The position numbers and the translations under genes are program-made. Below, one piece after another: positions 47,098 through 54,811 of a stretch of DNA of 54,811 nucleotides (the stretch's first letter is position 1; each line of letters opens with the position of its first letter). The stretch spans positions 1 through 54,811 of the forward strand of contig CAYPOX010000003.1 of NCBI GenBank assembly GCA_964412525.1, read 5' to 3'. The notes below the pieces were generated by a model that searched no databases, was not told the origin of the DNA, and saw only the letters and a program-made list of their open reading frames with translations. The stretch comes from an uncultured Caulobacterales bacterium (GTDB taxonomy: Bacteria; Pseudomonadota; Alphaproteobacteria; Caulobacterales; CAYPOX01).

Positions 47098-48125
47098 CGC
47101 AAGGTCGCGGGCCGCACCGGGTTCTCAAAAGGAACGCCCTCGTCGACCGCTTTACGCCAAGCGCGCTTTAAGGCGAGATACCAGCGTTGCTGGGCGTCCG
47201 CATCCATCACCAACATCGTTTTGGGCGCAAAGGCGAGCCCGCGGTTTTGCACCGCCACGATCGCCTGATCTTGGCCTAGAAAACGGCGGGCGAGAAGGCT
47301 CATGAGGGGCTTGAAGACGTCCAGAACCGGGTTGGTCCAGTAAAGCAGGTTCAGGGCGCGGGTGCGCGTGGCGCTGATGGGCGTCATGGCCGTCACATTG
47401 GCGATGACATGGCGGCCGACACGGATATGTTCGCAGCGCCATCCGGGAATCCGAAACGTGATCTCCGTGGTGCGATCGCCGCCCAACAATTTGTAAATGA
47501 ACGCGTTGGATGAGGGCGGATGGCGCACCATCCTGAAACCGTCGTCGACGGGTTCGAAAGCCTTGGACTTCAGCTGCAAGGCTTCGGGCGAACGCCACAG
47601 GCGGCTTTGATGGACATAGGGCCCATGGGCCGGGTCGAGCAATCCGAACACCGCATTGTCCATATCCGTTTCAAAGATCAGCTCCGTCGCCACTTTCGGG
47701 CGCACATTGCCCAAGTCCTGCGCGGACGGCGGCTCGTCCGGCCCAGCTCCGGGCGCGCGCACCCACACGATCCCCTGGCGTTCGCGCACGTCATAGACTG
47801 GGGTTCGGAACTTTGAGATATCGACCTCTTGATCCGGCGCAAGCGACGGTACGCCGGCGCAGGTTCCGTCCGTCCGGAACCGCCAGCCGTGAAACGGGCA
47901 GACCAATTCGCGTCCGTCGAACCCGCCCGCCGACAACAGCGCCCCCCGGTGCGGACAGAGATCCTCGACGGCGAAGGCCGCACCGTCCTGGTCGCGGCCC
48001 AGCGCCAAGGGTCGTCCCAAAATGGTCCGCGCCACAACGCGGCCCGTCTTGAGGGCGCGCGCGGGAGCCGCGGCGTACCAGAGCCCGGGCAACGTCTCCG
48101 GTTCAACGGTTTGAGATTCGGTCAC
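47085..48125 (-). CDS. Rieske [2Fe-2S] / mononuclear-iron oxygenase (PaO/LLS1-like class)
   Basis: Rieske motif CPHRGALLS...CPFHGWRF, and a non-heme iron motif LLDPAHGPYVH (D-x2-H-x4-H). Proposed GTG start at 48125 (VTESQTVEPETLPGLWY), because the longer ORF would run through the cca coding region. Confidence 0.8.
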   Translation of the reverse strand: MTESQTVEPETLPGLWYAAAPARALKTGRVVARTILGRPLALGRDQDGAAFAVEDLCPHRGALLSAGGFDGRELVCPFHGWRFRTDGTCAGVPSLAPDQEVDISKFRTPVYDVRERQGIVWVRAPGAGPDEPPSAQDLGNVRPKVATELIFETDMDNAVFGLLDPAHGPYVHQSRLWRSPEALQLKSKAFEPVDDGFRMVRHPPSSNAFIYKLLGGDRTTEITFRIPGWRCEHIRVGRHVIANVTAMTPISATRTRALNLLYWTNPVLDVFKPLMSLLARRFLGQDQAIVAVQNRGLAFAPKTMLVMDADAQQRWYLALKRAWRKAVDEGVPFENPVRPATLRWRT

Positions 48126-49374
48126 GATTCTGTTCCTGCACGATGGCGCGCAGACGGGCCTTAAGGGCGGACGGATCGTCAGGAAACCCCGCCGCCACCC
48201 ACCAATCCTCAACGGCGCGCAGCACCGCGCCGACCGCAGGGCCTTTCGGAGCGCCCGCATCCAAGGCGTCGGTCCCGCTGAGCGGAAATTGCCCGGGCGC
48301 GGACGCGGCGGCGGCGCGGGCTGCGCGCCATGGATCCGGCGCGCCACCGTCGGTTCCCGCCCAAGCGAGCAGCAGGCCGTCGTCAAAGGCCGTGACGCCG
48401 TGGCGGTAAGCGGCGGCGCGCGACGCCTGCGCGGAGGGCGCGCCGTCCGGCGCCGCCGTCCAGGCCGCTTGAAGCCGGTCGCACAGGGCCTTGGAGAGTT
48501 TCAAATGCGCTCCGACGTTCCGGGCGCGGTCCATTGATCCGGTCAGCGCCGCCAGTCGCCGAACGGCGTCGATCTCCGCGTCGCCCGCCTGTTCCAGCGA
48601 GACCAAGCGCGCGGCCCGCGGCCCATCGATGAGATCGGGCGACAACGCCGTCATCACGGAGCGCTCCTGCATCAGGCTCACCGCATGGCGGGGGTCCGGC
48701 GCACCCAGGAGCTTCAACAACTCCTTCCCGATCCGCTCCACCGAGAGTTTCGCCATCCCGTCCTTCAAACGGGCGCAAGCCTCAACTCCGTCCCCGTCGG
48801 CGGGCGGCGCGCCATACCAGGCGAAAAAGCGGAAAAAGCGTAGGATGCGAAGATAGTCCTCTCGGATGCGGGTTTCCGGATCGCCGATGAAGCGGACATA
48901 TCCGGCGGCGGCGTCATCCAAGCCCGACCCGCTCGGATCGAACAGCGTCCCGTCCGACGCCGCATAGAGCGCGTTCATCGTGAAGTCACGCCGCCGCCAA
49001 TCGAGGTCCCAATCCTCCGTGAACGCCACGACCGCGCGCCGGCCGTCCGTCTCGACGTCGGCCCGCAAGCTGGTGATCTCGAAAGCGCGGCCCTCCACCA
49101 CCGCCGTCACGGTTCCGTGGGCGAGTCCGGTGGGCGCAACCTTCACGCCTGAAGCGTCGAGCGCGCCGATGACCGCGTCCGGCGCCAATTGAGTGGCGAG
49201 ATCCACGTCGTCCACCGCACGGCCCATCACGCTGTTTCGAACGCAGCCGCCCACAAACCGCACGCCGCCGGGCTTGACGGCCTCAAGCGCGTCGATCACC
49301 CGCCGCGTCGCCGGCGCGGCGATCCAGCCATGGGTCTGCGGATCGAGGCGCGTGGCGGCGGTCACGCGGTTCAA
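48103..49374 (-). CDS. cca: CCA tRNA nucleotidyltransferase (poly(A) polymerase family)
   Basis: Contains RFVGGCVRNSVMGRAVDDVDLAT, RRDFTMNALY and LRILRFFRFFAWYG. Confidence 0.9.
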   Translation of the reverse strand: MNRVTAATRLDPQTHGWIAAPATRRVIDALEAVKPGGVRFVGGCVRNSVMGRAVDDVDLATQLAPDAVIGALDASGVKVAPTGLAHGTVTAVVEGRAFEITSLRADVETDGRRAVVAFTEDWDLDWRRRDFTMNALYAASDGTLFDPSGSGLDDAAAGYVRFIGDPETRIREDYLRILRFFRFFAWYGAPPADGDGVEACARLKDGMAKLSVERIGKELLKLLGAPDPRHAVSLMQERSVMTALSPDLIDGPRAARLVSLEQAGDAEIDAVRRLAALTGSMDRARNVGAHLKLSKALCDRLQAAWTAAPDGAPSAQASRAAAYRHGVTAFDDGLLLAWAGTDGGAPDPWRAARAAAASAPGQFPLSGTDALDAGAPKGPAVGAVLRAVEDWWVAAGFPDDPSALKARLRAIVQEQNRDRISNR

Positions 49375-49595
49375 GAGTCCTCTGGGTCCGGGATCGCATA
49401 GGTCGGCGCTGGAGGGGCGGAGCCGTCAATGGTCGCGCCCATCACCGCCATGCCGATGATCGCGCCGACCAGACCCGCCGCCGTCAGCGTCTTCATCGGC
49501 CAAGGCGTGGACGGCTTCGCCACCCATCGCGCCAAGGCGTAGGCGACGAACGGGGCGGCGAACAAAATGGCGGCGAGAGTTAATGCGCGGATCAT
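49371..49595 (-). CDS. small two-TM membrane protein of unknown function
   Basis: 74 aa. Contains MIRALTLAAILFAAPFVAYAL and a second helix LTAAGLVGAIIGMAVMG. It has 4-nt overlaps with both neighbours. Confidence 0.55.
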   Translation of the reverse strand: MIRALTLAAILFAAPFVAYALARWVAKPSTPWPMKTLTAAGLVGAIIGMAVMGATIDGSAPPAPTYAIPDPEDS

Positions 49596-50203
49596 GGTTT
49601 GGCGAACGCCGTTTCATACAAGCTGACGAGCATGGCGGCCGTCGCGCCCCAGATATATCGGTCGCGCCAAGGGATGGCGTAGTAACGCCGTATCGCGCCG
49701 CGAAAGGGCTGCGCATGCACCTCATGGCGCGACGGATCCATCAGATCCGCGAGCGGCGCTTCGAACACGTCGTCGACCTCCGCCGGGTCTGGCCTCCAGG
49801 GTTGATTTGGGCGCACCAACCCCACAAAGGGCGCCACTCGAAATCCGGTCACGGTTCGGTAATCCGGCAATCGCCCGAGAACTTCGACCCGATCCCGCGC
49901 CAAGCCGATCTCCTCCTCGGCCTCGCGGAGCGCCGCGTCCAGCGGCGAATGATCGGTTGCGTCGATCCGCCCGCCGGGAAACGCGATCTGCCCGGCGTGC
50001 CGCTTCAACTTCGGGGAGCGCACGGTCAACAGAATCGTGGGACCGCTTGGCCGTTCGACGATCGGAGCCAACACCGCCGCCGGGCGCAGCGCCGCCGCAT
50101 CGTCGGGTTCCTCATGGACGTCGAGATCGAAATCCGATCGAGGCGCGGCGTCCTGCGCGGCCAAGCGCGCACTGACGCCGTCCGGGGTCCAGGATGCGAT
50201 CAT
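49592..50203 (-). CDS. CoA pyrophosphatase (NUDIX hydrolase)
   Basis: Nudix box GQIAFPGGRIDATDHSPLDAALREAEEEIGL, preceded by the LLTVRS CoA-type motif. Confidence 0.85.
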   Translation of the reverse strand: MIASWTPDGVSARLAAQDAAPRSDFDLDVHEEPDDAAALRPAAVLAPIVERPSGPTILLTVRSPKLKRHAGQIAFPGGRIDATDHSPLDAALREAEEEIGLARDRVEVLGRLPDYRTVTGFRVAPFVGLVRPNQPWRPDPAEVDDVFEAPLADLMDPSRHEVHAQPFRGAIRRYYAIPWRDRYIWGATAAMLVSLYETAFAKP

Positions 50204-50772
50204 GCGGGCTCCGGATCGAGCGGGAAAAAGACGCCGCCGCTCCAGACCCCGTCGCGGCCCTCATGGGTTTCAACCCGCTCCGCCAATTCGTAGAACACGG
50301 CGCGAGTGAGGCGCGCGTCGAGGCGGTCACGAACGCGCACATAGGGCGACGGCGCGCCGTCCGCGCCATGCACCGTCCAGAGCGGGCGTTCCCGTCCTGC
50401 GACGGTCCAATCGTCCACATTGGTGCGGAAAGCCAGGACCTGTTCGCGCCCCTCGCCCTCCGCGCACATCTCCACCGCTAGGAACGGCGCGTCGTCCACG
50501 ATGATGCGCACCTTCTCGACGGGGGTCACCAAATGATGATCGCCCTCCCCGTCACGCAGGAGGATGGTCGAAAACAGACGCACCAAACGCGCACGGTTGA
50601 TGGGGGAGTCGCGATACAGCCAGACCCCGTCGCGCCGAATGCGGATCGGCAGATCACCGCAATGCTTCGGGCTCCATTCGTGAATAGGCGGCAGGCCGCC
50701 GCGGCCGGCGGTCTCCGCCTCCCGCGCCAACGCCTTGATGTCAGGTGCGCCCGTGATCATCACGCCGTGCAC
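50200..50772 (-). CDS. DUF1285-domain protein
   Basis: Contains PIRIRRDGVWLYRDSPINRARLVRLFSTILLRDGEGDHHLVTPVEKVRIIVDDAPFLAVEM, characteristic of DUF1285. The DUF1285-NUDIX-cca order is conserved in alphaproteobacteria. Confidence 0.8.
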   Translation of the reverse strand: MHGVMITGAPDIKALAREAETAGRGGLPPIHEWSPKHCGDLPIRIRRDGVWLYRDSPINRARLVRLFSTILLRDGEGDHHLVTPVEKVRIIVDDAPFLAVEMCAEGEGREQVLAFRTNVDDWTVAGRERPLWTVHGADGAPSPYVRVRDRLDARLTRAVFYELAERVETHEGRDGVWSGGVFFPLDPEPA

Positions 50773-50781
50773 ATAAGATGC

Positions 50782-52656
50782 TTATGGGGCCGCCGCCAGA
50801 CAGGCTTCGCACACAACATAACGGCTGCGCGGATCGGGAGCGCGGATCAGAAACGACAGTTGATCGAGAGCCGGTCGGATCGGACGCAGCCACAGGTGAT
50901 CCAAAACCGAGAGCCCCGCCAGCCGCGGCGCGGCCACATTGGCCAAGTTCAGAAGCAACTGTTCGGTGAAGGTGAGCGGCTCTTCGATCACCACCGTGTC
51001 GTAATCGGAGAGCCCGGCCAATTCGGCGGCGGCGGCCACGGCGTCGTCTTGGCCGCCCAACTCGTCCACCAGACCGAGCTGCAACGCACGAGCGCCCAGC
51101 CAAACCCGTCCCTGCGCAATCTGGTCCACCTCCTCGACCGTCATGCCGCGTCCATTGGCGACGCGCTCAAGGAAGTCGCCATAGCCGTCTTCGATCGAGG
51201 CTTGGATGATCCTCCGCGATTGTTCGGTCATCGGCCGGGTGATGTCGAACGCATCCGAATAGGGCGTGTAGGCGACGCCGTCCGACCGCACGCCGATGGC
51301 CTCAAGAGCGCGCGGCGCTTTTGGGATGATCGCAAAGATGCCGATGGATCCGGTCTGGGTGGTGGGATGGGCGAAAATGCGGTCGGCGTCCGCGGCGATC
51401 CAATAGCCGCCGGAGGCTGCATATGTGCCCATGGATACGACCACCGGCTTGCCCGCCGCCTTCACTTGCTCGACGCGATTGCGGATCAGCTCCGACGCGA
51501 AGGCCCCGCCGCCAGGACTGTCGACCCGGATCACCAGCGCCTTCACGTTCGGATTGTTGGCGGCCTCGATGAGCAGGCTCGTGATCGTGTCCGCACCCAT
51601 GACGCCCGCTTCGCTTTCGCCGCCGGCGATGTCGCCGGTGGCGTAGATGACGGCGACCTGGCCGACGCCTTTGCGGACCGGCGCACGCACGGCCTCCACA
51701 TAGTCGTCAAAGGCGACCGAGCGGTATGGCGCGCCGCCATTTTCGCCGCCGCCGAACCGGTCGATCATTTGCGCCTCAAAGCCGGGCACGTCGACCAAAT
51801 GGTCGACGAGGCCCGCGGCGCGCGCCGCTCGGGCGCTGTCGCCGCCCGCCGCTTCGATCAGATCCGCGAAATTCAATGCGTAGCGATCAACATCGGCGGG
51901 ATCGATCCCGCGCCCCTCGGCGATGTGCGCGCGCGCAGCCGACCATAGGCCATCGCCCAACTCGGCCAGATTCTCGCGATACTCCGGCGACATGTTGTTG
52001 CGGATGAAGGGCTCGACCGCCGCCTTGAACGTTCCGACGCGGAAGATCTCCAAGTCGATCCGCGCCTTTTCGAGCAGGTCCGCAAAAAACAAGGGTTGAA
52101 TCGCATAACCGTCCAAAAGGACGTCGCCAATCGCGTGCAGCCAAGCCTCATCAGCGGCCGACGCCACCACTGCGCGCGGTCCGTTGAGATAGTCTCCGAA
52201 CGCGATGACCTCCTTGCCGTCCGCGCGGAAATCGTTGATCGCGTCGGCCACGACAAGCGCATGCGACGTCGACAGTGCGGCCCCAGAGATTTCGATCACC
52301 GCGCCTGCGATCCGGTCGTCGCGCTTCGCCTCTTTCAACGAGCGCACCACGTCTTGGAGAACGACGACAGGCTGATCGGAGCCGAATGGGGACGGCAACG
52401 CGTCTAAGGGACGACGCTTCTCGACCATCACGCCGGCCAAGGAGACCCGGAGGGCGGAGCCGTCCTCCACCACCACGACATCGTTCGAGGACATCGCAGA
52501 GAAGAAGAACACGAGGCCGATCAGAAACAGCACGGTGAGCGCAAACAATGCGGTCCGGGTGAGCAGAAACCAGATCCCGCCAATGATGAACGCGATCCAA
52601 CCCAACGGTCCCCGCTCCAACTTGTCACCTGTCGCCACGTCGCACTCCCATGTCAC
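50782..52656 (-). CDS. sppA: signal peptide peptidase SppA, 67K type (S49 family)
   Basis: 624 aa. N-terminal TM region and two S49 domains. Contains VVSMGTYAASGGYWIA (Ser nucleophile region) and VDELGG. Confidence 0.9.
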   Translation of the reverse strand: MTWECDVATGDKLERGPLGWIAFIIGGIWFLLTRTALFALTVLFLIGLVFFFSAMSSNDVVVVEDGSALRVSLAGVMVEKRRPLDALPSPFGSDQPVVVLQDVVRSLKEAKRDDRIAGAVIEISGAALSTSHALVVADAINDFRADGKEVIAFGDYLNGPRAVVASAADEAWLHAIGDVLLDGYAIQPLFFADLLEKARIDLEIFRVGTFKAAVEPFIRNNMSPEYRENLAELGDGLWSAARAHIAEGRGIDPADVDRYALNFADLIEAAGGDSARAARAAGLVDHLVDVPGFEAQMIDRFGGGENGGAPYRSVAFDDYVEAVRAPVRKGVGQVAVIYATGDIAGGESEAGVMGADTITSLLIEAANNPNVKALVIRVDSPGGGAFASELIRNRVEQVKAAGKPVVVSMGTYAASGGYWIAADADRIFAHPTTQTGSIGIFAIIPKAPRALEAIGVRSDGVAYTPYSDAFDITRPMTEQSRRIIQASIEDGYGDFLERVANGRGMTVEEVDQIAQGRVWLGARALQLGLVDELGGQDDAVAAAAELAGLSDYDTVVIEEPLTFTEQLLLNLANVAAPRLAGLSVLDHLWLRPIRPALDQLSFLIRAPDPRSRYVVCEACLAAAP

Positions 52657-52753
52657 GAATTCGCCCTAGACGGTTACTAATCGTCCGTTAGATCGACAAC
52701 CGAAGGCGCTTCGGGCTTTCCAAGGACGCCTCTCCTCCGCACAGTGTAGGCTT

Positions 52754-53740
52754 ATGAACGCTTCTGACGAGATTTTGAAAGACGTCGAACGGCTTGGCGA
52801 CCGCCTGGCTGCGGCGAAACAAGCGATTTCGGCTTCGATTTTTGGTCAAGATCGCTTGATCGAGCTGTCGCTCGTCACCCTCCTGTCCGGCGGTCACGGC
52901 CTCCTGGTCGGCGCGCCGGGCTTGGCCAAGACCCTGCTTGTGACGACGATCGCGCGCGCCATCGGCCTTGACGCCAAGCGCGTCCAGTTCACGCCGGATC
53001 TGATGCCCTCGGACATTTTGGGCGCCGAGGTGCTTGAAGAAAGCGACAGCGGCGCGCGCGCCTTCCGCTTCATCAAAGGCCCGGTCTTCAGCCAGCTGCT
53101 CATGGCCGACGAAATCAACCGCGCAAGCCCGCGGACCCAGTCGGCGTTGTTGCAGGCCATGCAGGAGCGGCACGTGACGGTGGCCGGCGAACATCACGAT
53201 CTTCCGAAGCCCTTCCATGTTCTCGCGACCCAAAACCCGCTAGAGCAAGAGGGCACCTATCCGCTGCCGGAGGCGCAACTTGATCGCTTTCTGCTTGAGA
53301 TCGACGTGGGATATCCCGACCGAGAGGCCGAGCGGAAAATCTTGATCGAAACCACAGGGCCGCGGCTGGCCGCGCCGGAGGCGGTGATGACCGCACAGGA
53401 TTTGATCGACGGGCAGGAACTGGTGAGGCGCCTGCCGATCGGCGACAGCGTCGTCGACGCGATTCTGACCTTGGTGCGTCGCGGCCGTCCTGGCCCGGAG
53501 GCCGCCGCGGCGGCGCGCGATCACGTCGCCTGGGGCCCCGGGCCGCGCGCCGGCCAAGCCCTGATGCTCTGCTCCCGCGCCCGCGCTTTGCTGGACGGTC
53601 GTCTCTCCCCGTCCATTGATGATGTGGAGGCCCTCGCGGGCCCGGTCCTTCGGCACCGTATGGCGTTGACCTATGGCGCACGCGCCAAGGGCGTGACCGT
53701 GGATCATGTGATCGACGCCCTTTGCGACGAGATCCGGTGA
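52754..53740 (+). CDS. MoxR-family AAA+ ATPase
   Basis: Walker A (GAPGLAKT), Walker B (LLMADEINRASPRTQSALLQAMQE) and ATQNPLEQEGTYPLPEAQLDRF. Confidence 0.92.
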   Translation: MNASDEILKDVERLGDRLAAAKQAISASIFGQDRLIELSLVTLLSGGHGLLVGAPGLAKTLLVTTIARAIGLDAKRVQFTPDLMPSDILGAEVLEESDSGARAFRFIKGPVFSQLLMADEINRASPRTQSALLQAMQERHVTVAGEHHDLPKPFHVLATQNPLEQEGTYPLPEAQLDRFLLEIDVGYPDREAERKILIETTGPRLAAPEAVMTAQDLIDGQELVRRLPIGDSVVDAILTLVRRGRPGPEAAAAARDHVAWGPGPRAGQALMLCSRARALLDGRLSPSIDDVEALAGPVLRHRMALTYGARAKGVTVDHVIDALCDEIR

Positions 53741-54654
53741 GCGTTCCGCCGCCCTACGACCACCGCGACGCCCATCGGCGTTGGACGCCTTTGCGCGAGG
53801 AAGCGGCGCTACTGGCGGCCGCGTTTCCTCCGCTCGCGGCGCGCCCACGCCGGACGGGACCGTCTTTGCAAGGCCCGCACGGACGCCGCCGGCCCGGGCC
53901 GGGCGACGCGTTTTGGCAATTCCGTCGGAGCCGGCCCGGCGACCCGTCCAGCTCCATCGATTGGCGGCGTTCGGCGCGATCGGATCACCTGTTCGTTCGC
54001 GAACGGGAATGGGAGGCCTCTCAAACGGTTTGGATTTGGCGGGACGCCAGCGCGTCCATGCAATGGCGCTCGGACGAGGCCGTCCCCACCAAGTCTTGGC
54101 GCGCTTCAGTTCTTGCGGTGGCGCTCGCCACCCTTCTCGTGGAAGGCGGAGAGCGCATCGGCGCGCCGACCTCTGCGGCGGAGCCCGGCGGCGGCCGGCC
54201 AGCGCTGCGGCGTTTCGCCTTCGCAGCTTCGGACGACGCCGACTACGGGGCGAATTTACCGCAGCCGGACGATCTCGGACGGGACGCGGTGGTCGTCATG
54301 ATCGGCGATTTTCTCGACGCGCCGGATGTTGCGGCCGCCTTTGTGCGCACCTGCGCAGATCGCGGATTGCCGGGCTGCGCTTGCCAAGTTCTCGATCCCG
54401 CCGAGTTGGATTTTCCTTTCCGCGGCCGGACGCGCTTCGAGGATGTCGAGTCCCGTGACGATTTGTTAGCCGGTCGGGCGGAGTCTTTGGCGATGGAGTA
54501 TAAGCACGCCATGGACGCGCTTCGAGCCGAACTCTCGGACATCTTCGCGCAAGCCGGCTGGCCGATTACGTTGCACCGCACGGATGCGCCGCCTCGAAAG
54601 GCGCTGTTGGCGTTGCATCGGGCTTTGGCCGACAGCGGCGGGTTGCGGCGATGA
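53737..54654 (+). CDS. DUF58-domain protein (MoxR-associated, vWA-like)
   Basis: The GTG start overlaps the moxR stop (GTGA); an alternative TTG lies at 53722. Contains FWQFRRSRPGD, IDWRRSARSDHLFVRERE and VWIWRDASASM. Confidence 0.8.
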   Translation: MSVPPPYDHRDAHRRWTPLREEAALLAAAFPPLAARPRRTGPSLQGPHGRRRPGPGDAFWQFRRSRPGDPSSSIDWRRSARSDHLFVREREWEASQTVWIWRDASASMQWRSDEAVPTKSWRASVLAVALATLLVEGGERIGAPTSAAEPGGGRPALRRFAFAASDDADYGANLPQPDDLGRDAVVVMIGDFLDAPDVAAAFVRTCADRGLPGCACQVLDPAELDFPFRGRTRFEDVESRDDLLAGRAESLAMEYKHAMDALRAELSDIFAQAGWPITLHRTDAPPRKALLALHRALADSGGLRR

Positions 54655-54811
54655 CGGCCTTCGGTCCGATCGCCTTCGCCGCGCCCTGGGCGCTGGCGGC
54701 GCTGTTGACGTTGCCGGCGATTTGGTGGCTCGCCCGCGCCACGCCGCCGCCGCCACGGCGTCAAAGCTTTCCGGCCCTTCGACTCCTTTTGGGCGTGCGC
54801 AAGGAAGACGA
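54651..54811 (+). CDS. BatA-type N-terminal double-TM domain protein (5' part; continues right of the window)
   Basis: ATGA overlap with the DUF58 gene. Contains FAAPWALAALLTLPAIWWLAR...RRQSFPALRLLL, typical of the aerotolerance-operon BatA_N / TIGR02226-type N-terminus. Confidence 0.6.
   Translation, partial: MTAFGPIAFAAPWALAALLTLPAIWWLARATPPPPRRQSFPALRLLLGVRKED

Noticed and set aside
1-54811. Scan of the whole window for CRISPR arrays, IS elements, integrases, phage genes and toxin-antitoxin or defence-type genes.
   Set aside because: I noticed no repeat-spacer periodicity, no transposase or integrase-like translation, and no recognisable defence domains. The only island-like segment (37541-40530) lacks mobility genes.

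Overview
This is a high-GC chromosomal segment of alphaproteobacterial type, densely packed with about 60 genes. Many adjacent genes overlap by 4 nt at stop/start.

Most of the content is conserved housekeeping: carB (3' part), greA, trxB, an aspartate aminotransferase, cspA, a CaCA antiporter, SDR-folB, uvrC-pgsA, an OmpR/EnvZ-type two-component pair, ubiK/YbjN/COQ9-like, lgt-methyltransferase-pgeF, prs, bfd-bfr, rplY-pth-ychF, a MaoC pair, apt-mtnP, petABC (bc1 complex), trmL-hemF, a DUF1285-NUDIX-cca operon, sppA and moxR-DUF58-BatA-like. I found no rRNA, tRNA, CRISPR array, transposase or integrase.

Observations worth a second look:
1. Cytochrome c1 (petC) carries an in-frame TAG 17 codons before its axial Met ligand.
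2. A MipA/OmpV-family gene remnant between prs and bfd has an in-frame TAA, an apparent +1 shift right after its ATG, and a missing 3' half.
3. An ELM1-family gene has no canonical start codon ahead of its conserved N-terminus.
4. A translationally coupled string of Rieske oxygenase, sulfotransferase, PON-like beta-propeller and NAD-epimerase/dehydratase hangs on the cca operon. It converges on an HpnN-like RND exporter. I read this as a candidate, undescribed lipid/terpenoid tailoring-and-export module.
5. A single ORF fuses a DUF785 (RimB-like) protease domain to RimK. It is preceded by two paralogous small proteins.
6. A low-GC two-gene module (YfiR-like protein plus TonB-dependent receptor) is bracketed by a 10-bp direct repeat.

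All functional calls rest on my own recognition of motifs in the translations. No database search was run.
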